Source: Octopus sinensis (taxonomy: Eukaryota). Taken from it: a stretch of DNA of 64,000 bases. The position numbers were made by a program, and so were the translations under genes. The notes below the pieces were generated by a model. That model made no database searches, was not told the DNA's origin, and saw only the letters and a list, made by a program, of their open reading frames with translations. Shown one piece after another: positions 1 through 13,329 of the stretch (position 1 is its first letter; the number at the start of each line of letters is the position of its first letter). The DNA is taken from positions 115,196,001 to 115,260,000 of the forward strand of contig NC_043003.1 in assembly GCF_006345805.1 (NCBI RefSeq), in the 5' to 3' direction.

Positions 1-703
1 ATGACCTGGAAAATGGTCGTTCCGAGATCTGCTTCATCTTGTTGGCGAGAAATTAAAATGCTCCATTTATTGAACTGATCAACAATAAGGAAAGATTTGC
101 AATGTGACTTGACAAATACAAATCACTGAAGCATTTTCAGAAGACTGAGTTCCTTAAAAATAAGTGCATGGGTGGAGTATGTTGGGCTGCATCGGGAGTT
201 ATCCATTGTAACTTCATCAATGCAGGATAAACAATCACAGTTGAGAAATAGGGCCAATTGTTACATGAAATTTATAAGGTGTACGAAATGCAGCCAGAGT
301 TGTTCATTCGCAAAGGACCTGTTTTTTCATCATGAAACGCCCATGCACATGTGTCAAGAACGACACTTACAAACTTAATTGATTTGGAAATCGAAGTTTT
401 GCTTTATTCATCGTATTTTCCTGACATATCTCCAACCGACTTCAGTTTGCAAACGCCTTAGCAGCTTCATAACAAATAAATGGTTACAAAACTAGACAGA
501 TGCAAAAGAATCTTATAGGAAGTTTATTGAGTCTAGAGGATCTCATTTTTACGGTAAGAAGATAAATGACCGTATAATATGGCGGCAAAGATGCATTGTC
601 ATTTGGAAATTACTTGGATTAAACTTGCTATCAACTGTTTTGTCTCCATTTTAAAACTTGGGCCTTGAAAGTACAATTAATTTCTAGTGTTCCAACTACA
701 ATA
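1..703 (+). mobile_element. Highly degenerate mariner transposase remnant (catalytic and C-terminal part)
   Basis: Frame-shifted pieces WAASGVIH (~WWD.KGIIH), RKGPVF/HHETP (~HHDNA), SYFPDISPTDF (~PYSPDLAPSDF) and FYGKKINDRIIWRQRCI (~FY..GI..L..RW.KCI) occur in mariner order. Confidence 0.7.
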
Positions 704-2281
704 ATATGTACAAATAGTTTATGTTTAAATCACACTCTACTGTATTCGAAACATTCGTATCGCTGCCGGTTGAGCAAATATCCTACACTTTTCTATTCCA
801 AAGTTGAATTAAATTTCATCCATGATATTCTAGGGCTAAGAGAACAAAAGTTCTTGTATTTTGACTTTTCAAATGTAACCAACTGTAGAAAACAATTCTA
901 GGTGAAGCAGCGAGATAGTATTGAAGGGAATTCCTTCTTTTGAGCTGCTGTTATTAATTTTTCCGGCAATTATAGCTACTCTTGGTGTAATAACTGACAA
1001 CCGGATATTAATAATTTAACTTTAAACCATTTTCCGGACGGTGACATCGATCAATCGTCTATACGAAATCTCCATCCCGACCAAATTTAAGCAGTGTAAT
1101 GTCTTCAAACGTTTTTTTTTTTTGCGTCATAAAGGCATGTCGTTGATTGGGTAAACACCATACTTATAAGAGGTTGAAGCAAGTGACAAATGGTAAATTG
1201 CTATGTACACATTCAAAGAGAGAAATTGTACTTGCCATGGGTTTCTCCTTGAAAATCATGATCGACACATTCTATGAACAAATCGATACCAATTCATAAA
1301 CACATGTTAAACATCGGATATGTTATCTATACTTTTTTCTGTAATGGAAATATCAGAGGAGCTGGTGAATTTGGGAAAATCATACTTCTCGAATGTAGAT
1401 TAAAATTTAACATAAAGATCAATACAAATAAAACTAAAGGAAGAAGATGATTTTTTCCACATAACCGAAGACAAACGAATTGTCGGTTTCGTATACACGA
1501 AACGCAAAATAAACGGATTCTGTGATTACACATACAGATATGAAGAATGTCACTATTAACATTTCTACTTAGCAGAACTTTTAAATTTTCACAGCAAAAC
1601 TAAATAACTCAATAAATAAATAAAAACTAGATAAAGAAACTCGCAGAATAAATGAGAATCAGTATTGAGTATCGTAATATATTAATCGATGACCCAGAAA
1701 CACAGACAAAGCAAACACTATTTCAGACACAAACCCCATTAATATTACATCAACACATACCACTTTACAAAATATTTATCGGAAACTCTTTTTAACCAAT
1801 ACAAACTACATGACCGATTTCGATCACTTATCATAAATAATAAATTTGAAAATGACTACAAAACAACTTCTAATTAATAGCGGTGGAAGCATGACATTTA
1901 TGAACGCGATTGAAAATCCAAATCTTTTAGCATTACAAATCCTTAGCATTGAAGTCTCGATGTGTTTACGGCCAGAGGACTTGATTGGAAGAAAGCTAAA
2001 TGAGTTTGGCGATTGAAACATTGCTCAGCACATCTGTAAAGATATACCTTAACCGGTTGGAATCACGCAACTAAAAAACAAATAACATACATCTTCACTT
2101 GTCCCAAATGAAAAGATACAAATAATGAGGCAACGAATGTCATCGTTAGTATATCTTTGTCAAAATGGGACTCTTGTGTATCAGAAAAGTTAGTGTTTGG
2201 TTAATAATTTTATTACTTCAAAGAATAATCAATGAATCAAATGAAAATATCAAAAAATACTTCATGTAAAAAAAAAGCAAA

Positions 2282-2690
2282 GGATTTTTCGGTTTGAACG
2301 GCAGTTTTTAACATAATTTCTAGGTAACCAAAATGTTTAAACTTCGCCTACTGGTAGAATGTGTTTATAAAACATCTGTTTCTCTTGGCTTTATTGAGAA
2401 AATTCTATAGTTTGTAAGATATTTGTTGTTTTTTTTTCTTCAATTTCTGCAATTTCAACAAATCAATGACGTCTATTGAGTTAAAAAGCATTCTGTGCCG
2501 TATGATTATGTCCCTCGTTTAAAAAACAGATTGGGCTTATTTACATTTGTGAAAACAAAAGATACCCTTCCCCCCACCCCTAACCCTAATATAGATTGAA
2601 ATGCAATAGATCGATACTAGGGTCATAATTATGGGTGACAATTTCATATGCCAACGCTAGAAAAAACTGCCGTTCAAACCGAAAAGATCC
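2282..2690. mobile_element. ~409-bp MITE with 28-bp TIRs and 8-bp TSD (Merlin/hAT-like)
   Basis: GGATTTTTCGGTTTGAACGGCAGTTTTT ... AAAAACTGCCGTTCAAACCGAAAAGATCC; AAAGCAAA immediately flanks both ends; related copy at 28671-29334. Confidence 0.85.
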
Positions 2691-4379
2691 AAAGCAAAAA
2701 ACCAGAACACGGATATGTACTTCATATGAAATTTCTTTATATATAATGCGTGCGTGCATGCTTTTGCGTGCATGTGTGTGCATGCATGTTTATGTGCGCG
2801 CGCGCGTGAAAGGATTGCATGGTTCCTATTTTTACGTTGTTTGCAATGAAGGAATACCGCAGTTTTGCAGTCAGAGAATGTATAACCTTGAAAACTATGT
2901 CTGTCCGTTCTTTTGCATTAGTTTATGCCAACAACTGTAATATCTACATAGACGTCCGTTATAACTCAAGGATGGCGTTTGAGAATTCTCAAAAATATGT
3001 TATAGTTCCTAGCTTGCGTTCTCCGCTCCATTTTGAACGTCTAAAAAAAATGACCTTTTGTTATAACAAATCGCTTTATTAGTTGTATTGATGACATCTC
3101 GTGATTTCTTCTTACCGTTACATCTTTTCCATTTTCACATTTGTGTCTCTGTTTCATTGTAAAATTCGATAAGATTAGTTGTTTTTGTGGATATAATATC
3201 CATTTTTATTTGTGTTTTAGTTCACCATTTTGTGATCTTTATTATTTTATTTTCTTCGTTTTATCTTCATAAATCTCTTAAATTTCTTTCTAATTCTCTG
3301 CTAGCTTTTCTCTGTTTTATTCTTTGATTTTCTTTTCATTCTCTTGCAAATTTTTTAAAGCAGATTATATTATTCTTTCATCATTTGCTATTCTCTCTTC
3401 TTGTACTCAATATATACGCCCACGTTTATATCTTCGTCCTTTTGATGTTAACATCCTCTCTTTCTCTCCCTCTCTCTCACTCCCCTTCTCTCTCTATATC
3501 TCACACAGACATACACAAACAAAGACACAAACATCTAATTCGTATAAGACTTCCTAAACGGTTTCCATACCAACAATATTCAACTCAGCTTCCCTAAACT
3601 TACAATATAAAAAACAATCTATCAATCCATCAAATCTGTTTTGGCCAGCATTTAAAGTATGTTGTACCGATATATCATTGTTAGATCATGACAACAACAG
3701 CATTAATGACTAATACACAACATGGAAATTATATTCATAACTCTCACGGAAATAATAATAAAATTAATGATAGATATTAGCAGTTATCCTTACTGAAAAA
3801 AAAAACAACAAATGGAAATGCTATCCGCAAAGAACTTGTTATGGAAATATCACACTGGCATAATTTCAAAAGTACACGTATCGTCATGTACGATTATCCA
3901 GGTAACTAGGATCAGTAGACTCTAAAAACACTGTCAGACAGCTGTAAACGAAGGGAACGCAGATCTACTCTCTCGCCATACTTGTCATATATGTTCTGTT
4001 TATATAATTCTTCTCCACCATCGTATCGCCGTGATTTCCAGAACGATGCTAAGGTTAATCCTAAACTCAGCCACAAGCATTCTTGTTAGCCATGCACTTG
4101 ACAGGTGAGCTTAGTATAAGATATGTTTGAATCTTCAAATTCCTATTATTACTACACACAAACACACACACACACACACACACACAAACAAGCACACACA
4201 TATACAAACATACACACACAAACACACACACACACACACACACACAAACAAGCACACACATATACAAACATACACACACAAACACACACGCACACACAAA
4301 CACACACACACATATACAAAAACACACACACACACATATATATTCGTGTATATGTACGTATATGTGTGTGTGTATGTAC

Positions 4380-4595
4380 GAGTGTGTTTGTGTATAAGTG
4401 TGTGTCCTTGTGTTTGTATTTGTCACTTACCACCGCTTGACAAACGGTGTTGTCCTACTTCTGTCCCCGTAACGTAGCATTTCCGCAAAAGCGATCAACA
4501 TTCCAGAAAAAGCACTGTGGTAATTATTTCCAACGAAACCCCTCAATGCAGTGCTCCAGCGTGACCACATTGCCATGACTGAAACAAGTAAAATA
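4380..4595 (+). mobile_element. Degenerate 3' half of SINE family C (CORE-like tRNA SINE)
   Basis: CCACCGCTTGACAAACGGTG...GTGCTCCAGCGTGACCAC...ATGACTGAAACAAGTAAAA matches the tail of the intact copy at 27923-28314. Confidence 0.7.
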
Positions 4596-4996
4596 GCGAA
4601 AATCACAGATATAATATTACTTTTAAATTGCTTGAAAAACAGCGACATGATACAACATCGCGCATGCGCAGAACTTTGAAGGCTATCGGATCTGCTATGT
4701 CATATTTAATCAGATAACACAAACGCATTGTATATCTAAGTCTCTCTATTTATCCCTCTTCCTCCTCCTCCTCCTCTATCTGTCTCTCTCTCTCTCACAC
4801 ACATGAACACACACACACACACACATCAAACAAATACATTTTGCGTTTACTCTCAGGAGAATAGAGTACTGAATACCTTGGAAGATATAAATATTTTTAT
4901 TTATGCCGAAATAGTCTCTTCTTACTCTGGATATTTGTCTGTTTGTCCAGAGGGTCATCAGGCACGTTATAACTTCGCAATGTAATGAAACATAGT

Positions 4997-5030
<34 letters not shown>

Positions 5031-5840
5031 AGACACACAAACACACATACACACACACACACACGCATACACACATTCACACAAATATAAAGAGAGCGGG
5101 AAAAGTGATATACACCAGGCAGAGCAAAAGGAAGGGAAACGACTGGGCTTCGTAGATGACAAAATTCGTCTGAACTATGTGAAACGTTGATGACAATGTT
5201 GATAAACTGTTTAATCAAACTACGAGAGGGAGAGAAGGAGAGGGGGAAAGAGAGAGAGAGAAGGAGAGAAGAGACAGAAAGAAATTAAATGAAGGACGGT
5301 TTGTCAAAGCAATGGCTATTTTATGATAAGAAGTAGACAGCTCTGTAAACATGTTTTGTTATTTTGTGTTCGTGTGCTGATACCGGGTTCTTTCTGGTTT
5401 ATGGACACTTATATTGCTTCGCGTGAATTTTGTTTGCGTGCACATATGCAAATGCTACTCTTCAACATGACAACAGTCATTAAAAAAGCCAGCTTCAGTG
5501 TACTTGTGTACTGGAAAATTTGGTGTTGTGTATGTATAAAATTGCATATAATTTTTTTTTTTAGAATAGCATTCTTTCAGTGAGACAGCTTGTTTTACGC
5601 TACATATACACTTACGCATAAACATAGACACACACATACATATTTGTTCACACATGTACACACACATACACACAGACACACAAATAAAAGTAAGAAAAAA
5701 ATACATGGATAAATATTCATATATGTAAATTTAGAAATCTGATGCAGTAAACTATAAGCTCTAATACAACTGGCTGTTTGCATTTCTATATGCACATCTC
5801 TAACTGTCCCCCTGTCTGACTGTGTGTCTATTTGTCGCTC

Positions 5841-5878
<38 letters not shown>

Positions 5879-6327
5879 TATCCATCTGTTTAAATAAATA
5901 TCATTGTCTATCTATGTATGTATTAATCAATATACATATGTATATATATCTTATATAACATACAATACATCATATATAATGTACGATACCTCGTATATAA
6001 TGCACGATACATCGTATATAACACTCTGATGATAAGTCGGTCTATATTTCAGATTTCAGAGGAACATCATAACGGTTGGTGTGATTTCAAAACACTTACG
6101 AAAGTGTGAACAAAAGAAGTACCTGGAGTCCATGTCCATACAGGAATATTGGACACGTATCAGTTGGGCGGTGGCAAAGATCATAGCAGTTATGTAGTGG
6201 AGGGAACGCTAACTGCATGGGACACACTTATTAAAACATATTCTCAGCTGCACAGTCTTCATTTTATGAAACACAAACAGTGGGATAAAATCGATAAATG
6301 TCTGGTGGGGGAAGATCAAGAACTTGA

Positions 6328-6540
6328 AGGTGGCGGAGTGGTAGAACCATTAAGAAGCCGGGCAAAATGATTAGCGCTGTTTCGTCCGTATTCACGTTAT
6401 TAGTTCTAATTCCACTGAGGTTGATTTTGACTATCATCCTTTCCGGATCGGCGTGATAAGTAGGTGTGGAAGGCTGGGGTCACTGTAATCGTTTTAATCC
6501 ATGCCCTAAAATGGTTTCATTTTGCCACAATTATAAACCA
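6328..6540 (+). mobile_element. Degenerate SINE family M (GGCGGCGAGCTGGCAGAA head)
   Basis: Aligns by eye to the copy at 9529-9740 (head, GTTC..ATTCC B-box, TCATCCTTTC domain). Confidence 0.6.
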
Positions 6541-8833
6541 ACATATTTATACATATATATATATATACACGGGAAGGAATAAGTTTAAAAAAAACAGTTC
6601 AAACATTTTGAGAGGCCCCAAAAGAGAGAAAGAATGATTTCTAATAGAGATTCATCATATTCATAAAAAATCAACCAGAGTAAGTAATAAGAATATAAAA
6701 ATAGTAGTAGAAAATATCGTTATAGATATAAAAATACCATAGACAAATATAGAAAAATGGAGGAGAAACAGATTTTACTTCAAAATTAGATTTAATACAA
6801 ACGAGCATTCAATACTTACGCGCGTTTCAAAGGACAATACCAATATGTAAGAAAAAAATTATAATCATATCAATTAGAATAAAATTTTTCCACATATTTT
6901 CACTTCATAATTTTATCATGTGGTGTATACTGATTCTCCAGCATTTTTGCTCATATATAATATATATATATATATAAATATATTAATGTTAGTTTTTATG
7001 GCTAGCTATACAGGGAACAAATTTACATTAATCTGATGGGTGACTCCATACGGTTATGGAATCCAAATTTATTAATAAAAGTAATATTATCGACAGTGAT
7101 TTGGAAGTTTCGAAAAGCAAAGCCATCATCATGTATTGATTCTGTCTCTTGCACCAGGTAGCTTATGATGGTCCTTCTTCCCGACAGCAAGGCATCATCT
7201 ATATCCACTGGCCACCCTCCGGCTAAACGGTCAACAAAGATTACTTTGTGTGAGGTTTGATGAAGATCAAGAAGAGATTTCGTTGATAAAGAGCGGAGCC
7301 GTTCCACCGTAGCCGGTGCCACCTGCATCCAGACACCAGTGCACCAGTCAACAATTCCATTTTCGTAACCAACTACTTGACAAAGATGGGAATAAATAAT
7401 TCTCAGACACTCCCTCCCCCACCTAAAGTCTAGAGCTTGCTCCCTACGACATGTAACTATTTCTCAGTCTGAATGAGAAGATTAGATACAATTTCTTTTT
7501 CTTAAGATGAAGGAATCTGTGACAACGTTTCTGGATTTTCATGGGGTCTCCACAAATTGGCCGGAATGTTGCAAGTTCATTGAAGTTAGAGGATGCTGCT
7601 GAGAAGAAGATTTGTGCTTTTCTTTCCTTGATATTATTAAATAACTCACGAGAAAATGTCTTTAAAATTCTGTAGTGCACCTTGTATAAATTAATCACTG
7701 TTGTTTGTAGAAACCCTGTGCTGCAAGTCTGTGTTTGGTGTCCAAAGAAAACGTACGTGGCAAAAATAGAAAAACAAATAATCTTAAATACTTTGGAATC
7801 ATATTGAAAAAGTATTAATTACTTGAATATGAAATTACATAAGTTCACAAGTCATTAATCTTTGGAGTGTTTAATAATCAATCTTTTGCACGATCTCTCT
7901 AATTTACAATACTTTACATTTTTCGGGTACTAAGATGAAGTAGGTTTCATCCATTTTTCAAATTTCATTAATCTACATTTTATTAATATCTGTCTGGCTG
8001 TTTGGTTTCTGAAAATACTTAATTAGTAAAATTAAAAGAATATTTCTAATTATGAATAGGTCTATTCCAATATTTGCAATGGAACGGAAGCGGACTAAAC
8101 CCGATTGGTGTAGAAGTGGGAGCACGGATGTACGATGAGGCATAATGCTACGTTTAATAAACTTCAGATGGTTTTTGAATCTTCAACACATGTTCATCAC
8201 TAAGGTGACGATGGATACATTCGGAAGCAAATCTGTTGTGCTCCATTTAACAAAGAGGGAAAGTTAGTAAATATTGTTTTCAAATATTAGAACGAGGCCA
8301 ACAATTTTGGAGAAGGGTTTAAGTTGATTACATCGACCCAGTGCTTAACTAGTAATTATTTCACAAACATTGAAATGATGAATGGAACACAAGGCTGGTA
8401 AATTATTACATTAATATTTTGCATGAGTCGGGTGATATCACATTTTGATAAGCAATATTTAAAATTCTTCAAATATAAATTACAAATTTGATAACTGTGC
8501 CAAAGGTCAAATTTATTGTGATGTGTTTATGTAGCGAACCTCGGCGGGTTATTAAAATAACTTGTATGTGTTTATTAAATCAACGGCAATAAATCTAAAG
8601 GCTTCTGTATATGGCCTCATTACATTTCAGTGAAGGATTCGAATTATATTGATTCAACTCTGGGGTTGCCTCTAGCACCCTACAACACATTTCATATTCA
8701 ATTAATTTTCATTCATAAAAATCACTTCAATTGTATTATTTATCAAAATTTATCATTTAAGTACTGAGATGTTTCCATAATTAAGGGTATATGTTAATAA
8801 GTCAGTTACTAAATCACGTATCAGGGAGCCATA

Positions 8834-8872
<39 letters not shown>

Positions 8873-8876
<4 letters not shown>

Positions 8877-9078
8877 TAATCCAAACAAGAAAACACAAAA
8901 AAAACACAACAACGCGAGGATGTGGAACAAATAATGTATTATTGGACGCTCAGGAAAGAAGGGAAGAAGGAGGGTTTAACGTTTCGAGCGGATCTCTTCG
9001 TCGGAAACATAGGAGAAGGAAAGATCCAGAGAAGGGAAGACAGAGGAAAAAAATCGCCAACGGTACACACGAGGTCAC
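8873..9078 (-). mobile_element. Short Penelope pseudo-LTR/retrozyme-like element in (TA)n, with hammerhead-like motif
   Basis: Flanked by (TA)n on both sides; homologous to 60121-60320; minus strand has GTTT-CCGACGA-A-GAG..CTC-GAAA-CGTT-AAAC. Confidence 0.6.
8974..9008 (-). ncRNA. Minimal type-I hammerhead ribozyme-like motif (U4C core variant)
   Basis: Helix I GUUU/AAAC, core CCGACGA vs CUGANGA, helix II GAG/CUC, GAAA box, palindromic ACGU helix III, GUU triplet. Confidence 0.55.
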
Positions 9079-9088
9079 ATATATATAT

Positions 9089-9132
<44 letters not shown>

Positions 9133-9426
9133 CGCACTTGTGCTTGAGGAATTTGCTTAAAATATTTTTCAAATGAAACTGTTTGTATCACAACATATAA
9201 TACAAACACATACGCACACACACACATATATATATATATAATAAATCGAGATTCAAGCGAATCAGGCACATAAATGGTAAGACATCAGGTCGGGTAGAAA
9301 ATCTTTGGATCATGGAGAATCATGAAGATGTACATCTCCTTGGATTATGGTTTATGTATTCAACGGATGAAAACGGTATTTTCTAATGGTGTAAAATGTC
9401 CATTAAATAATATGTACATACATACA

Positions 9427-9460
<34 letters not shown>

Positions 9461-9528
9461 CATATGTGTGCGTGCGCGTGTATACATGTATATGTCTCGT
9501 CTAACTTTTTAATTATTATCAATCTTCC

Positions 9529-9740
9529 AAGGCGGTGAGCTGGCAGAATTGTTAACACGCCGGACGAAACGCTTAGTGATATTTCATCTGTCTTTATGTT
9601 CTGAATTCAAATTCCGCCGAGGTCAACTTTGCTTTTCATCCTTCCTGGCTTGATAAATTAAGTACCACTTGCATACTGGGGTTGATGTAATCGACTGGCC
9701 CCCTCCCAACAAAATGTCGGGCCTTTTGCCTAAAATAGAA
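9529..9740 (+). mobile_element. SINE family M (tRNA-derived)
   Basis: AAGGCGGTGAGCTGGCAGAATTGTTA head, B-box-like ATTCAAATTCC, then GAGGTCAACTTTGCTTTTCATCC...GATAAATTAAGTACC; many copies in the window. Confidence 0.85.
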
Positions 9741-9749
9741 AACTGAAGA

Positions 9750-10588
9750 ACCAACCGGTTTTCAACAAAGGTAGAAAGCTCCATTTTTGGAATGTAGTTA
9801 ACACAGACAAATTCACATTTGAAACTTGAGAAAAGTCTTGCATGTTTTTACTGTTCCACTCACAGATTGCCATCGTAATGTACGAATCAGCCGGTCGATT
9901 TCTCTTTCTGAAAATCCCAGTTTCTCCAGATTCTTCTTTAAGCATTTACTAACAAAACTTAGTGCTCCAATTATTATTGTTATGAATATGAAATCATAGT
10001 CTGGATATGTAATAAAAGCTGGAGGTTTCGAAGCAGTTGTCCATAGATATCCTATTTTACTTTGATTTTCGAAATCATATTTATATCTGTAGAGCAGCTG
10101 ACCTCCCTGACGGTACATATCTTTGCCCTTCAGTCCCAAACAACAATATCCGGCCTGTTGCGTTTACATTTGACAGCAGTTTTGATGGGAATATTCCACC
10201 AGTATTCCTTGAGTTTGTGTTTATGACTATATTCCATAACAAAGGGATTTTCTAAGTTTATTTCAGGACAGTCCTTTTTGCGGATGGTATTGTAAATTAT
10301 TTTAGCGGCAACGTCGAGCCGTATATGGAAGTCGTACGGTGACGACATTTCAGGACAGCTGCTAATCATATGCGTGATGTCTTCCACAGAATCATGACAT
10401 GGCCTACACATGCAGTTGTACTTTGGGAGTACAAGAGCGTCACTGTCCCTCTTGTTCACCAGGTACTTTGTAGCAATCTCCTTTTCCTGTATTGCAAACG
10501 CATAGCCTTTAAAGTGTGATGTAGTTGTCTTGTGCCCAAGAGAGGCTGCGCTTCGTGTCAATTCTAGTGTCTTCTTCAAGCTTCCGAG
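9750..10588 (-). mobile_element. 5'-truncated RLE-type non-LTR retrotransposon (R4/Dong-like), C-terminal part
   Basis: AIQEKEIAT, CCHC knuckle CRPCHDSVEDITHMISSC, WWN..IKT....NRPDIVVWD restriction-like endonuclease motif, IIIGAL; frame-shifted. Confidence 0.85.
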
Positions 10589-10617
10589 CATGTATGTATG
10601 CATGTATGTATATATGC

Positions 10618-11400
10618 ATGAGTGGGTACCCAAAAGAAACCGAAATTTTACAATACTATTTTATTCACTTAGTTTTACAACTTATTTTCCACTTCAAACA
10701 ATACATTCAGCCAGAGACAATTTCCACTGTTCGAAGCTGTGCTGGAAATTTTGATAAGTAATGCCTTTTAACGCTATTTTTCTTCGCCTCTTCCACATCT
10801 GTAAATTCCGTACCAGCAGCCTTCGTAACCAGTGATGATCTTCGGAAAAATGTCTGGTTTAATTTCCACCCCGTCCTTTTTTATCCTTTCACGATACGCA
10901 TTAATACGTGACTAGTTCTACAGTGAACAAGCGAGGCACAGATTTTCCTTCATCTCTTCTTCATACGCAATTCCTCGCTGAAAATTCATTGGCAGGAACT
11001 CCAACACACACACCATTCATATGAAAAAGATCGTCAATTTTTCGGTGATTTTCATCCAAGTTCACTTCGTGAATTTTCCTGTTTTCATTCGTTCCGGAGG
11101 TCGATGGATGCCCTGAATGAAGTTGGTGTTCATGCTTTAAGTGTCCATTCCTAAAGCGGGAAAACCAATCGTGAACTTGTGTTTTGATCAAGACAGCGTC
11201 CTTGTAAGCTATTTAAAGCATGACAACTGTTTCGGCCACCATTTTCCCCACTAGGAAACAAAATTTCACGGACGTAGGCTGTTATTTCATTTCAGCCATC
11301 GTGTACAACTTCTCTCGCCAATGCGGGTCGGCATACCGATGAGTGAGGATCACATCAAGTGGCTTCTAACGGTGGAACCTGAACTAAAATGGGCTTGTCC
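10618..11400 (-). mobile_element. Internally deleted mariner element
   Basis: VKFCFLVGK..AETVVML, TQVHDWFSRFRNG...SGHPSTS (HTH/GRP), KIITGYEGCW (~ITGDESW), then a jump to C-terminal ALKGIT..FQHSFEQWK; TIR-like end near 10620. Confidence 0.8.
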
Positions 11401-11575
11401 CGCAGAGTACACAGGAATGTGTGTGTTTATATATATGTGGGGGAGGGTATGTGTGTGTTTATACGTGTATATATATATATATATATACATGTGTATTTAT
11501 ATGTTTGTGTATAGGGGCGTACATAAACACAATATGTATATATGTATCTCATCATATATATATATATATGTATAT

Positions 11576-11625
<50 letters not shown>

Positions 11626-11628
<3 letters not shown>

Positions 11629-11815
11629 GGTTGGCCAAAAGTCACTTGACAGTAAATCAAAGCCATTTAATTCCGAGATTTCTTTATGTTTAACAACTGA
11701 ATGAATTTAATAAAAGCATCTAAATATGGAATATCATGAAAATCGTTCGAACTGAAGTCGCTCTTGAGCGACACATTTTTCCATTCGAGCCAATACAGAA
11801 TAACACATAGTGTTT
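11626..11815. mobile_element. Probable Tc1/mariner-type terminal fragment in (TA)n
   Basis: Begins TA-CAGGGTTGGCCAAAAGTCAC, a typical ITm TIR start; no matching second TIR seen. Confidence 0.35.
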
Positions 11816-11833
11816 TGTACGTATATATATATG

Positions 11834-11920
<87 letters not shown>

Positions 11921-11923
<3 letters not shown>

Positions 11924-12456
11924 CGTGTCCCCAAAAAATGTATACACACCTTAAATAATTGTAAATTTGGGGTTTATTATAATTCGAATAACTTTCAACG
12001 TGTAAAAGAATTTACAAATATCATTCTATTGTCTTGTTATCGCATGTTCTCAAACTGATGTCCGTTCTGCTCCAGACACTGCTGACAACGCGAAGCGATG
12101 GAACGGCACACATCATGGAACAATTCCCTTGGGATATTCGTACATTCATGTTCAATGGTTGCCCTTAATTGAACGACTGTTGCAGGTTTCTGTGAGTAGA
12201 CTTTGTCCTTTAGGTATCCCCATAAAAAGAAGTCTAGTGGTGTGTGGTCTGGTGAACGTGGAGGGTATTCGACAAAACCTCCCCGTCCAATCCACCTGTT
12301 TGGCAAGATCCCATCAAGAAAGGATCTAACTTCGCGATGGTAATGTGGAGGTGCCACATCTTGCTGGAAATAAAACTCTTCCTGTTCAAAATCTTCTCTA
12401 ATGCTTGGCATGACAGACTGTTGCAGTAAGTGTATACATTTTTTGGGGACACCCTG
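11921..12456 (-). mobile_element. Non-autonomous DD41D (rosa/VS-type) Tc1/mariner derivative with both TIRs
   Basis: TIRs CAG(C/G)GTGTCCCCAAAAAATGTATACAC with TA flanks; ORF 12037-12411 FQQD...PPRSPDHTPLDFFLWGYLK has 41 residues between the last two Asp. Confidence 0.9.
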
Positions 12457-12511
12457 TATATATATATATGCGGCGAAGCAGCCTGTTGCCCGCCCTTTTA
12501 ATTATTTTTAC

Positions 12512-12542
<31 letters not shown>

Positions 12543-12547
12543 AGTCA

Positions 12548-12560
12548 TACAGATAGATAA

Positions 12561-12644
<84 letters not shown>
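12548..12644 (+). repeat. (GATA)n microsatellite
   Basis: Direct reading. Confidence 0.95.
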
Positions 12645-13329
12645 CTATATATGTATAATAACAACCCAAATAATAATTTCGAATGCTTTTCTAGACTAAG
12701 TAATGCACGCTTGCATCAGCTGAAATATAATACTAACATTCACTACACATTCTTCCCAGTAAGAAAGCGAGTTTCGAGTTTTGTATAAAGGCTCATACTA
12801 AGAAACTGCAAATCCAGTCCCGTAGAAATGCTGCCTTACAATTTCACCTAATGTGCAGTAAATAATGTTTGCTACTCCAATATATTGCTGTGCAGAATCG
12901 ATATAAAAACCACATATGACTCGGTAGAAATTTATTTTGTCACCGAAATTTCATGCCAAATCTAATTTCCCTTTGTCCTGATATTTTTATTCATATTCCT
13001 CCCGCATGGCACCACATTGAAAAAGAACAACGATTGGCAAGGTAACCTATTTCTACATTCATACATTCACCTGGTTAACACCTTTCTGTCACCATCTGCA
13101 ACTCCTCATAAAATGCTTTTGCTTCGAAGGACGAAAAAACGTTGACAAAGAAGTTGTCTCGTTGGAACAAATATGCATGTTAACGAACCTTGTAATACAG
13201 CAGAAACTAAAACTTAAAACTTTAATCGCATCTCTTAACAGTGGGCAGCCATTTTAATCATCTTCGTTATAAATTCCATTTTTCTCATTATTTTTGTTTT
13301 AATTTTAAAGATGTAGTTAATACCATAGT

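Noticed and set aside
6570-6950. Hammerhead near GAAACGCGCGTAAG on the minus strand
   Set aside because: A Penelope-like GAAA/palindrome end is present, but no CUGANGA core can be placed upstream
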